From: Methanobacteriota archaeon
Lineage (GTDB): Archaea; Halobacteriota; Bog-38; Methanoflorentales; Methanoflorentaceae
Assembly (NCBI GenBank): GCA_963720465.1
Contig: OY970393.1
Span: 160,001 to 224,000, forward strand
DNA length: 64,000 nucleotides
Reading direction: 5' to 3'
This document shows positions 48,697 through 58,240 of the stretch, in pieces. Positions within the stretch are counted from its first letter, which is position 1. The number at the start of each line of letters is the position of its first letter. A program made the translations under genes and the position numbers. Under the pieces are notes generated by a model. That model did not search any database, was not told where the DNA came from, and saw nothing but the letters and a program-made list of their open reading frames with translations.

Positions 48697-51606
48697 TTAC
48701 TCAACATACCGAATGGCCTCTGCGGGCAGTATTCGCGACACATTTCTTGCAGGGATGGCAGTGCAGATGGCGACGGCTAGATAAATGACTAAAAGAACTA
48801 GGATAACCTGGACGATGGGAATCGTAAACGGCACTTTCACGGTTTCATTCAAGTTAGCGTATATGGCGTAAGAAACGACCAATCCGGCTGAGAGGCCTAC
48901 TGCTGCTGCCAACGTGGTCGCAAAGGTCGCTTCAAACAGTAACGACTTAACGACAAGTCTGCGGTTGAAACCTATGGCGCGCATGATGCCGATCTCTTGG
49001 CGCCGCTCTATAGTGGATCGCACCGTCACGACTCCAACGCTAGCGATGCCAACGATAAGCCCGAGGCCGAGATAGGTCGCCGTGAGCTGAAAGAACTGTT
49101 GGCTCTGCGTCATCATCTGCGAAACCTCGTCGCTAATGAGAAATGCGTTGAGGCCAGCAGCTTTGTAACCTCTCTCGAGGTCGTAGCTAAGATCGATAGG
49201 TTTCATCCCGCTCGCTGATTTTATGAGAAACAGCGTATCGCCCTTTACCTCCGGAAAATAGTGCTGCATTTGTTGCTTGCTCATAAAAATGCCGTGCAGA
49301 TCGTACTCATTGAGGACGCCGGCAACCAAAAAGCGTGCAGTGCCGTTACCCGCTTGAAATGAGATGGTGTCGCCTGCGCTGACTTGGGTGCCGTTGGGGC
49401 CATACGAATAGCTTGAGTCTACGATGACGTAGTGAGGGTTGTTTACCAGATTCCAGACTTCCGACGAGTTGAAGCCAGCAAGCGTGTCCTTGAAGTCGTA
49501 CTGTGCGTGCTCCGAAAAATTCGCATCTACGCCATAAACGTTTGTTTCAGGTCCCTGCTCGTAGAGCGCTTGACCATTTATGCTCGTCCCTGTTGCATTC
49601 GCAACAAAGAGGCCATCGTAGAAGTCTATATCCGACGCGTTCAAGAGCGCCACAGGTTTTGCGGGTGATTCGGACGTGGGTGACTGGACCTCCAGGGTGG
49701 TCAAGTTTGATAATGGCGTGCTTGATGTTGCACGAATGTCGTATCCGCCGGTTTGCTGGCTTATATCTGGTTGATAGACAGCGGCAGTAACTAGCGCTAC
49801 GATCATTAGAAAAATGACGAGAGATAATATCGTAACCGTCGTTCCCAACGTCTCCCTTTTTTGGAGGCAGTACGCCGACGAAGGTCTAATCAGAGCTTGA
49901 CTGGCTTTAAGCCTTGTCAGCGGCTTGGAGAATAGCTTCAATAACGGGGTAGCATTGACGAGAACTATCAGAACCGCTCCTAGCACTAAAAGAAGGCAGC
50001 TCACGGTGAAACTAACCGCTGTGGCGAAATTGCTGAAGCCTGAGGTGCTAAAGATCATGCCTGCGTTGTAGAGTACTAGCGCTGCTCCTGCTACAGTGAG
50101 TACTTGCTGTCGTTTGATGGCTCGTAGGGCGACGAGGGCGAGGCCAAAGATGATAAGCGGGGGTGCGATAACTTGCGCCGCCAGACCTTGAGGTGAAACG
50201 CCGTACGCGACAACCCCGAAAACTAGTAGACCCACACCGAGTGTGGGCGCCCCCCGCGGTAGGCGCGGCGCTTGTTCGGAATTTTCGGCATTTCGTATCG
50301 CGCGGACGATGTTCAACCTGCTGATTCTGTAGGAAGCGAACGCAATCGTTGCGATCGTGACAAGTAGACCTATGAGAAAAGCGGTCAAGAGGTCAGTGAG
50401 ATCATAATGCAGAACAAGAGACGCTCCTCCGGGGGTTCCTGTCGTAGTGGCCGCGTTGAGCGTATTTATAAGACCAGCGCCGATTCCGATCCCCAGTATT
50501 GACCCGATGGCTGCAGCCAGTAGCGCGCAGGTTACCCCTTCAAGAAGAAAGAGGAGTATGACATGCCTGCGTTTCATGCCCAAAGCGCGGGCCAATCCGA
50601 GCTCACTTCTACGCTGTTCAGAAAGCGTCACAAAAACGTTGACAATCAGCATCGCGCTTGTTATGATTGAAAACGCCCCTAGCGCCACGAGTAAGTTTAA
50701 AAACTGGGCACCACGCGCATCTGCAGCGGCCAGCATATCTTGTTTGACGGGGTTGACGTCGAATCGTTGCGACGAACCTGACAGGGCTTGCGTGAGAAGC
50801 GCGGACACATTACCAGATTTTGCCGCTCCTGATTCAGCATCGCCGAGGTTCGAGACCCTAATCTCATTGATTTGACCTTCGTGTTGAAAAACAGCTTGCG
50901 CTGCACTGAGCTGCATAAAGAGATTTTCATTCAACTCGTACTGCGCCTTGCCTTCGTTTTGTGCGATGTACTTGACCGTGAACGTGTAAGCTTTAGCGGA
51001 AGAAGCGCTCTCGCCGTAATAAACAACAAGCCTATCGCCGGTATGTGCATCTAAATCTTGAGCAAGCTTGTCGTTGATTAAGACTTGACTGCCAGTCAAA
51101 TCGCTCGCATTGGTGTATGTGCCGTTCTGTAAAACAAAGTGGCCAAAGGGGGCGTCTAGAGTGAAGTTCAAACCGACGAGCGTGACTCCTGTTGACGTGA
51201 TGCCGCTTGTAACGTCGTCCACAGACGGGACCCCCCCGTAGAGGCTTGGAGAGAGCCCGTCTGTGTTGTTGGTTATCGCTGAATCGGCTGCAACGTGTTG
51301 ATATACTGAGTAGTTGAATGGTTGGCCATTAAGGGCAACGGTTTCATCAACGTTGCCAAGTGCATCGTACGTTGCCTTGACGACAGAATAACCAAGGGAG
51401 CTACTTGCGACGAGCGACCCTGAGATAATTGCTGTGCTCACCAGGAGCGCTCCGACTATAATTGCTGTGCTTTTCGGGCGTCGTATAATGTTTCTTACGC
51501 CCATTGTGAAGATTGACTTGTTTGAAACTACAAGCGCGGCAAAAAGTAACAGTACAGTAGCGGCACAGCCGAGAAGTGCTAGGTACATCGGTAAGTACAT
51601 GTACAT
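48697..51606 (-). CDS. ABC transporter permease (FtsX/LolE-like, duplicated)
   Basis: Two FtsX-like repeats (EQRRSELGLARALG; ERRQEIGIMRAIG). Confidence 0.88.
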   Translation of the reverse strand: MYMYLPMYLALLGCAATVLLLFAALVVSNKSIFTMGVRNIIRRPKSTAIIVGALLVSTAIISGSLVASSSLGYSVVKATYDALGNVDETVALNGQPFNYSVYQHVAADSAITNNTDGLSPSLYGGVPSVDDVTSGITSTGVTLVGLNFTLDAPFGHFVLQNGTYTNASDLTGSQVLINDKLAQDLDAHTGDRLVVYYGESASSAKAYTFTVKYIAQNEGKAQYELNENLFMQLSAAQAVFQHEGQINEIRVSNLGDAESGAAKSGNVSALLTQALSGSSQRFDVNPVKQDMLAAADARGAQFLNLLVALGAFSIITSAMLIVNVFVTLSEQRRSELGLARALGMKRRHVILLFLLEGVTCALLAAAIGSILGIGIGAGLINTLNAATTTGTPGGASLVLHYDLTDLLTAFLIGLLVTIATIAFASYRISRLNIVRAIRNAENSEQAPRLPRGAPTLGVGLLVFGVVAYGVSPQGLAAQVIAPPLIIFGLALVALRAIKRQQVLTVAGAALVLYNAGMIFSTSGFSNFATAVSFTVSCLLLVLGAVLIVLVNATPLLKLFSKPLTRLKASQALIRPSSAYCLQKRETLGTTVTILSLVIFLMIVALVTAAVYQPDISQQTGGYDIRATSSTPLSNLTTLEVQSPTSESPAKPVALLNASDIDFYDGLFVANATGTSINGQALYEQGPETNVYGVDANFSEHAQYDFKDTLAGFNSSEVWNLVNNPHYVIVDSSYSYGPNGTQVSAGDTISFQAGNGTARFLVAGVLNEYDLHGIFMSKQQMQHYFPEVKGDTLFLIKSASGMKPIDLSYDLERGYKAAGLNAFLISDEVSQMMTQSQQFFQLTATYLGLGLIVGIASVGVVTVRSTIERRQEIGIMRAIGFNRRLVVKSLLFEATFATTLAAAVGLSAGLVVSYAIYANLNETVKVPFTIPIVQVILVLLVIYLAVAICTAIPARNVSRILPAEAIRYVE

Positions 51607-51628
51607 CCCTCAATCTGTGCTTGGCCAA

Positions 51629-52321
51629 TCAGACAATAGGCGCAGCTGATTCTGAGAGTATAGCTCCGTCTTTCATGCTGATCAATCGATCCGCGGTCTT
51701 TGCAACGGACGGATCGTGCGTAACGATAACGAATGTTTGCCGGTTAGCTTTATTTAGCCTTTTTAGAAGCGCTGTGATCTGGTTTGCACCTGCTGAGTCT
51801 AAGTTTCCTGTCGGCTCATCTGCCCAGATGATTGCAGGCCTGCTTATAAGCGCCCGGGCGACCGCCACTTGCTGCTGTTGTCCCCCGCTGAGTTCGAAGG
51901 GTTTGTGATGTGCCCACTCTTGGAGATCAACGCTTGATAGCATGCTTAAGGCCCGCGAGCGCGCCTCTTTCTCATTAATGCCGGCTACAAGCAGCGGCAA
52001 CTCAACATTCTCTAGGGCAGTCAAGACGGGCAGCAGATTGAACGATTGAAAGATAAATCCCATCCTCGTCGCGCGATATTCTGACAATTCATTGTCGTTC
52101 ATTTGTGCGAGCGGTATCCCTTCGATTTTGACTATTCCCGATGTTGGTTCGTCGAGCCCTGAAAGACAGTTAAGGAGCGTGGTCTTACCGCAGCCGCTTG
52201 GGCCCATAATTACTACCATATCTCCTTTTTCGATTAGAAGGTTCACGTCTTTAAGCGCGTGGACTTTCAAGCCGTTCAGTTCGTATATTTTGTGCACGCG
52301 GTGCGCTTCGACCATCAACAT
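51629..52321 (-). CDS. ABC transporter ATP-binding protein (LolD/MacB-like)
   Basis: GPSGCGKTT, LSGGQQQ, WADEPTGNLD, VTHD. Confidence 0.93.
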   Translation of the reverse strand: MLMVEAHRVHKIYELNGLKVHALKDVNLLIEKGDMVVIMGPSGCGKTTLLNCLSGLDEPTSGIVKIEGIPLAQMNDNELSEYRATRMGFIFQSFNLLPVLTALENVELPLLVAGINEKEARSRALSMLSSVDLQEWAHHKPFELSGGQQQQVAVARALISRPAIIWADEPTGNLDSAGANQITALLKRLNKANRQTFVIVTHDPSVAKTADRLISMKDGAILSESAAPIV

Positions 52322-52545
52322 GATACGCTCTGTTATGTTCACTGACCACGTTGCGAATGGTGTAGCCGAAATTTAGGCGCAGACGCGGCCTAATGCGCCA
52401 CGTGCTCACAACGGCCGGAGCAATCCAATTCGTACTTACTTGAACGAACGCTTTATTTAGAGCTGCCGGCAAGCGGCTGAAACGTATAAATATAATCGCA
52501 TTATACCCGAAGTACGTATCGGGAACAATTACACAAGGTTACACG

Positions 52546-53139
52546 ATGAAAAACGCAAAGAACCTCTATGTGCCGTTCACTGACGAGCGTTGGCGCAACT
52601 GGATAGACTGCGCAAGGCAAAGTGACTACAAGAACATGCACGAGACAGCCACGACAGTATTCGTTGAAATGGAAGAAGACGTAATAATTGCGTGCTGGAA
52701 GGTTGTTAGAGGTTTCGAAATTGGCAAGCTCACGCGTGAAGAATCTTTGGATGGCTTACAAAACATTGAGGCGATAATCAGGGAAAAAGCTGACACAGGT
52801 GACGTGGAGCTTGACGACTTAATAGGATTGATCCAATCTTCTCTTGTTGGCGCTTTTGCATCGTTTGAGAGCTATATGAAAGCGTCTTTCGCAGATAAGG
52901 CTTCTATGGACGAATTAATACGAGAGGCGCTGGGTCAAGAGAAAAAAGGACACTTTGATCTAGCCTTAGCGATAGTCGGAAAAGTCGGCGCGCGAGTTAT
53001 CGCAGGCGAGCCGCTGCGTCAAGAAACTATTGCTGAATTGGAAGACAGCTATGTGGCCGAGTGGCTTGATGGAGTTGACTCGATATCTGCTGCCATCGCC
53101 AGTTCCATAGAATACGATAGCGGCGAGGGAGCGACTTAG
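52546..53139 (+). CDS. DUF2150-family archaeal protein
   Basis: FT.ERW.NW, M.EDV.IAC.KV, IGA.V..G, V.EW..G.DSI. Confidence 0.7.
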   Translation: MKNAKNLYVPFTDERWRNWIDCARQSDYKNMHETATTVFVEMEEDVIIACWKVVRGFEIGKLTREESLDGLQNIEAIIREKADTGDVELDDLIGLIQSSLVGAFASFESYMKASFADKASMDELIREALGQEKKGHFDLALAIVGKVGARVIAGEPLRQETIAELEDSYVAEWLDGVDSISAAIASSIEYDSGEGAT

Positions 53140-53158
53140 AAGCCTTGCACGCGACTGT

Positions 53159-54379
53159 TCAACCTCCGACGGGACGGCGCATCTGTACCACAGCATTGAG
53201 GAGGAGTTCGGTTTTGTGGGCGATTACGTGCCAGTCCCAGTAGCGGGAGATTAGAGAGTTAGCGCGCTTTCGAAGCGAAGCGCTTGCTTCACCAGAAAGT
53301 TGCAGAAGTTCAATCACAGCGGATTTTACCGCTTCGCTATCGCCCACGGGAAAGAATTTTATGATGTCAGAGCCGTGGTCAATGAATCGATGTGGGGCTA
53401 TGTCGCTCGCTGCCACCAAGCAACCTGATGCGAGGCCTTCCAGAAGTGTTATCCCAAATCCTTCTGCTGAAGATGCAGATAAAAGAATTTTTGATTTTGA
53501 AAGCAACTCCTTTTTTCTCCCTTCGCTAACGCTACCAGCGAACTGAATGTTCTTGCTCGCCCAGCGACGTTCAATAGTGGGTCTAAGTTTTCCATCGCCA
53601 ACTATGACCGTTTGAACCTCCGTGTCGAATAGCGCCTCACAAACTATGTCTATGTTCTTATAGGGCGCGTCGAAGCGTGCTATACAAATGACATCAATTT
53701 CCTTCGTGTTCTGCGTAAATTCTTTTAGGTAAACGCCGTTGCCAGTGACTCTAATCTTGTGTCGGGGGATCCAATATTTCAATATTTCAAAAGTGGGGTC
53801 TGAAACGGTTATTGTGATCGGGCAGGTCGAGGCGTAACGAAGACAGGCGCGTTCTAGCAAACAAGCTTGTACCCCCTTTAGCGTGTCGCCTCCTTTCAGA
53901 TCACGCCACGCGGCGATGCCGTTGGCCAACGGCAAAGGCTGATACACGTCGTGTACGATCGGCACGACCGGCACCTTTGTGCGACTGAGAGATGCTGAGA
54001 AGACAGGTATGAGTGTTTGCGGAACAATAATGTCGAACTTGTTGCTGATACGCTTTAACTCTCGCGACAGGCGTACTGCGTATCGCAGATCCGCTGAGCC
54101 TTGACCCGCAGTTTTGCGGTTGTATACCGTGTATACGCGGAACGGAAATCGGTCTTCCGGATAAGTGGTTGTCGGCACGTGTGACGTCAGCACGGCCACG
54201 TTATTCCTACCAGAAAGCTCGCGGCCTAAGGCATACATGTGGTTTTCCCCTCCCCCCGGCATTTGCAATTCTCCGGCGGCGTCGCAAAAAGGAAAAAACT
54301 CACTTACAAGCAATATGTTCACGGTATGGCCTCTTTTTTTGCTTAATTTCAGCTTCGCAATACGCGGTTGCTCATACAA
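53159..54379 (-). CDS. GT4 glycosyltransferase
   Basis: GGGENH, NGV, SAEGFGITLLEGLASG. Confidence 0.88.
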   Translation of the reverse strand: MYEQPRIAKLKLSKKRGHTVNILLVSEFFPFCDAAGELQMPGGGENHMYALGRELSGRNNVAVLTSHVPTTTYPEDRFPFRVYTVYNRKTAGQGSADLRYAVRLSRELKRISNKFDIIVPQTLIPVFSASLSRTKVPVVPIVHDVYQPLPLANGIAAWRDLKGGDTLKGVQACLLERACLRYASTCPITITVSDPTFEILKYWIPRHKIRVTGNGVYLKEFTQNTKEIDVICIARFDAPYKNIDIVCEALFDTEVQTVIVGDGKLRPTIERRWASKNIQFAGSVSEGRKKELLSKSKILLSASSAEGFGITLLEGLASGCLVAASDIAPHRFIDHGSDIIKFFPVGDSEAVKSAVIELLQLSGEASASLRKRANSLISRYWDWHVIAHKTELLLNAVVQMRRPVGG

Positions 54380-54447
54380 TGGTGCCCGCTGTAATAATGT
54401 TTTTGAAATCGCCGGTGTTTGGCGTGTCGTGGCAACTCAGTTTTCGC

Positions 54448-55527
54448 TTACGTCAGCGACTCATACAACTTTCGAAGTTCTGCACTTAAGAGATCCCAGT
54501 CAAAGAAAGCTGCGCCAGCTTTTGCAGCCCGCTGCATACGCTCTTTATCGACTTCAAGCAGCGCTGCTCGGAGCTGATCTTCGGTGAGATCAACGACAAA
54601 TCCGTTCTGTCCGTGAGTGACGAGCTCTCTTGCCGCATTTTTTCGAACATTGCTCGTAATGACGGGCGTACCACAAGCTAGCGCCTCGAGGGCAACGATG
54701 CCAAAGCCTTCACGGTTGGAAGGCAAAACTAACGAATTTGCGGCTTTCATCACGCCTATAAGGTCTTCGTAAGGCAATTCCGAACGGAAACGCACGTTAG
54801 TGCTGAGTTCTTTCGAGAGTTGAACGAGTTTTGCTTTTTCAGGACCATCGCCGATTATGCAGAGCGTTTTGCTTGGAGGCATCGCCCGTACCAGCAATTC
54901 GACGTTTTTTTCGGGAATCAGCCTTCCCACAAATAGCGCATCGACTGAGATTTCAGCCGGTGCGATCGAATCGATCAAGGAGGTATCGACCCCATTCGGC
55001 ACGAGTGATACGCTTTTTCTGAACTGCGCGATGAGTTCTTTCGTGGTCACAGAGACAGCGATCACCTCGTCAGCTATCCCAAGGGTTGCTCTCTCTGTCA
55101 GTTTGCCAAAGAATCCGAGCTTGCCCAAGTACTCGTACCAGTCATCGCCCCAAAACTCGTGCCACGTAATGACTAGCGGGATACGTTTCAGTTGCGAAAT
55201 TAGCCTCGACGGAAAGCAGTGCAAGTACGGAAATTGATTGCAGTCAATAATATCGAGGTCTTGCTTAAAAATGGAGCCCAAACTGCCTGCAAATCTCGCT
55301 GCTTCTCGAAAAGACCGGCGCCCTCCTGCATAAAGGCTGAGCGGTTTGCAAATACCGTGGATGTGAATCCCGCCCAACTCGATATCGCTCTTCCCTTCCC
55401 ACCACTTCACGCTAAAGATGTGCACCTCGTCACTTATGGCAAGACGCTTTGCCATTTCGTAGATACGCTTCTCAGCTCCGCCTTTCACGAAAGGATAAAC
55501 TACATCTGAAATATAGCCAATGTTCAT
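54448..55527 (-). CDS. GT4 glycosyltransferase
   Basis: YPFVKGGAEKR, VGRL..EKN, PS.REGFGIVALEALACG. Confidence 0.9.
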   Translation of the reverse strand: MNIGYISDVVYPFVKGGAEKRIYEMAKRLAISDEVHIFSVKWWEGKSDIELGGIHIHGICKPLSLYAGGRRSFREAARFAGSLGSIFKQDLDIIDCNQFPYLHCFPSRLISQLKRIPLVITWHEFWGDDWYEYLGKLGFFGKLTERATLGIADEVIAVSVTTKELIAQFRKSVSLVPNGVDTSLIDSIAPAEISVDALFVGRLIPEKNVELLVRAMPPSKTLCIIGDGPEKAKLVQLSKELSTNVRFRSELPYEDLIGVMKAANSLVLPSNREGFGIVALEALACGTPVITSNVRKNAARELVTHGQNGFVVDLTEDQLRAALLEVDKERMQRAAKAGAAFFDWDLLSAELRKLYESLT

Positions 55528-55535
55528 TTTGGTAG

Positions 55536-56414
55536 TTATCGTCGTCGCAGGTTCGTTAGTACGATATCCGCTAGCAAACCGAAAAGCGTTATCTGCAAGC
55601 CGGTCAAAATGAGGAAGACGGAGAGAACCGCACCTGCCAAGCGCGTCACGATGCCGGTTGTGGTGTATTCGATAAGTATCGTTGTGCCATAGCCCAGGCC
55701 TATGAGTATAAGCGCGAGACCAATGGGCAAAAAAATAACGATTGGATTGTAGTCCCTGACGAGGCGAACTGTGGTAAACAAGATGCTAAATGCATCCCTG
55801 TACGGATACAGCTTAGCACGGCCCACTCTGTTCCGATACCTTATGGGAACCTCTGTAATGGCGAGGTCCTCTTTTTGTGCCTCGATGATCATTTCGCTCG
55901 CGAACGGCATGTTAGGCGATTCAAGTGTTAAACGATCGAGTGCGGAGCGTCGTATGGCGCGCATTCCTGATTGAGAATCGGTTATGCGTACGTGATACAG
56001 AACTCGTATGAGGGCGGTTAGCAGTCTGTTGCCGAGCGCGTTTCTCCTACTCATCGCTCCTTTGTCCATAAGAGCAAATCGAGCACCTATTACAAAGTCA
56101 GCGCCGTCGTTGATAGCCTCAAGCAACTTCGGAATGTCGTACGGATCGTAAGTATAGTCGCCATCAAGAATGACGACTGTCTCCGTGTCTTCGGATATGT
56201 GTTGAAATCCTGTAATGTACGCATCTCCATACCCTGTTCCGGTCTGATGGATTACCTTTGCTCCGAGCTCTGCCGCACGCATGGCTGTCTCATCTTTTGA
56301 CTTGTCGACCACGATTACTTCCACGCTGTGCTGTTGCAGCGCGTCAAGGACGTCGTGAAGAACGTCAGCAATGGCTGGCTCATTCATCGTCGGAATAATT
56401 ACAGATATCTTCAT
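55536..56414 (-). CDS. GT2 dolichol-phosphate glycosyltransferase (AglJ/DPM-like)
   Basis: VIIPT.NE, GYG.A, DGD.TYDP, DSQSGMRA, two C-terminal TM helices. Confidence 0.88.
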   Translation of the reverse strand: MKISVIIPTMNEPAIADVLHDVLDALQQHSVEVIVVDKSKDETAMRAAELGAKVIHQTGTGYGDAYITGFQHISEDTETVVILDGDYTYDPYDIPKLLEAINDGADFVIGARFALMDKGAMSRRNALGNRLLTALIRVLYHVRITDSQSGMRAIRRSALDRLTLESPNMPFASEMIIEAQKEDLAITEVPIRYRNRVGRAKLYPYRDAFSILFTTVRLVRDYNPIVIFLPIGLALILIGLGYGTTILIEYTTTGIVTRLAGAVLSVFLILTGLQITLFGLLADIVLTNLRRR

Positions 56415-56629
56415 AGGCTGCTACAGAACGGAGGCGCTCTACGCTCGATTTTATTCTATAATCTTAGCGTCAAAAGGTATAGTTATCTATTCGCATGTAG
56501 TTAATTCTCATTGGGTTCGACGACGTTTCATCGATCACACTGCAAGCAGCTGAAGTTGGAGAGGGTCGAAACGATTCACGCGAATTTGTACTTGCCTCGC
56601 GCACGGCATACGGGCTTTGAGCAAGAGCA

Positions 56630-57853
56630 ATGACCTCGGTTTATCTAGAAACCTATGGTTGCACGTTAAACCAAAGCGAAAGCGAGGAGTTGACGCTTAA
56701 GCTAAAAGGCCACAGGGTGGTCGAATCGACCGAGGATGCTCAGGTACTCGTTCTAAACACGTGCATGGTTATCGGGAGGACCGAAAAAAAGATCCTAAGG
56801 CGGATCGACATTCTGTATCATCAGTTGGGGGAGCGGACGCTCATTATCACAGGCTGCATGGCGGGGCCATTTGGCGATCGGCTCCACGCGTCGTATCCAG
56901 AATTGAAAACCATGCGGATCAGCGGCGTGGCGTCTTACATAGACGCTCATTTCTCGCGCAGTGCCACCTATGAACCAAGACCCAACATCACAGCCAAAGT
57001 AAAGATCGCTCAAGGATGTGAGGGAAGCTGTAGCTACTGCATCGTGAAGCGCATTAGAGGTCCCGTGAAGAGTCGAAGCATCGAAGCCATTACCAGAGAT
57101 GTGGAGTGGAGGGTTCAAAATGGTGCGAGACAAATATTCCTGACTGCGCAAGACGGCGGAGCGTACGGGTTAGATCGGGGCTACCGGTTACCCGACCTTG
57201 TTAAAGCGCTATGCGACATTGAATACGACTTCAAGCTCCGCGTCGGGATGATGAACGTGTCCTCAATTCTCGATATCGCAGAGGATCTGTTGAAAGCGTT
57301 TGACCATCCTCGGATATACAAATTCGTTCATTTGCCGGTGCAGTCGGGTTCTGATCGGATTTTGGAGTTAATGGAGCGAGGTCATACGGTGTCCGACTTT
57401 AAGCGTATTGTCTCGAGCTTCCGTCACGAATTTAGAGACGTCACTGTATCGACTGACTTCATTGTAGGCTTCCCGACTGAAACGGCTGAGGATTTTAGGG
57501 CCACGTTGGACCTACTGCGAGAGGTTACCCCGCTCAAAGTGAACATCACACGTTTTTCGCGAAGGGAGGGCACTAAGGCATTTTTCTTGAGACCTGTGAA
57601 CGGCGGAGTGCAGAAAGGCCGATCGCGAATGCTGACTGCGGAGCACCATCGCGTTGCCCGCCAGCGAAACTGTGAGTGCATCGGAGAGGGCTACATGGCG
57701 CTAGCAGTAGAAAGGGGCAAGAAGGGAAGCACCGTCTTATACAACGACAACTATAGGCCGATAGTTGTGCTGCGCGAACTGCCTCTTGGCCGCTTCTATG
57801 CGGTGCGCATCACTGGAGTCACCTCGACGTATTTAATAGGCAGCCTTAATTGA
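56630..57853 (+). CDS. tRNA t6A37 methylthiotransferase (archaeal e-MtaB/MiaB-like radical SAM)
   Basis: ETYGC..N, NTC, TGC, CEGSCSYC, HLPVQSGS, DFIVGFPTET, C-terminal TRAM domain. Confidence 0.9.
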   Translation: MTSVYLETYGCTLNQSESEELTLKLKGHRVVESTEDAQVLVLNTCMVIGRTEKKILRRIDILYHQLGERTLIITGCMAGPFGDRLHASYPELKTMRISGVASYIDAHFSRSATYEPRPNITAKVKIAQGCEGSCSYCIVKRIRGPVKSRSIEAITRDVEWRVQNGARQIFLTAQDGGAYGLDRGYRLPDLVKALCDIEYDFKLRVGMMNVSSILDIAEDLLKAFDHPRIYKFVHLPVQSGSDRILELMERGHTVSDFKRIVSSFRHEFRDVTVSTDFIVGFPTETAEDFRATLDLLREVTPLKVNITRFSRREGTKAFFLRPVNGGVQKGRSRMLTAEHHRVARQRNCECIGEGYMALAVERGKKGSTVLYNDNYRPIVVLRELPLGRFYAVRITGVTSTYLIGSLN

Positions 57854-57941
57854 TTCGTTTTGAAAAATAAGCTCGCTTCCAAGTTATTTTTCGCAAAAGA
57901 AGCAATAGGATTTTATACCATAAGGTAATGTATGGTGTGAT

Positions 57942-58100
57942 ATGCAACGGCCGCGATACCAACTTAGAATTGATTGGATTACGCTTGCCTTAGTCTTCAT
58001 CATATCGTTGATTTTGTACGAGATCCCGTACCTTCACGATCTCCTAATCATAGCAGCTATAACTGTGATCTTGTACACGTTCGTCAAAAGTTTATACTAG
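57942..58100 (+). CDS. 52-aa two-TM membrane protein (below the ORF-track cutoff)
   Basis: MQRPRYQLRIDWITLALVFIISLILYEIPYLHDLLIIAAITVILYTFVKSLY, with upstream GGTG RBS-like site and TTTTATA box. Confidence 0.55.
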   Translation: MQRPRYQLRIDWITLALVFIISLILYEIPYLHDLLIIAAITVILYTFVKSLY

Positions 58101-58240
58101 CCAAAGGCCTTCTTTGAGGCGAACACACTTGTATTACGGGTTTTTTTAGCTTTAAAGACCGCGTGAGCCGTGAAGGCAGCACCGGTCCCCATTGCAGAAC
58201 CACCATGCGACCGTGATTTGAGAACTGAGGACTGCTACAT

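Noticed and set aside
58155-58190. Hairpin GACCG..GCCGTGAAGGC..CGGTC in the thrS leader, reminiscent of SRP helix 8 or a leader RNA
   Set aside because: Too short, and the rest of SRP RNA or T-box elements is absent.
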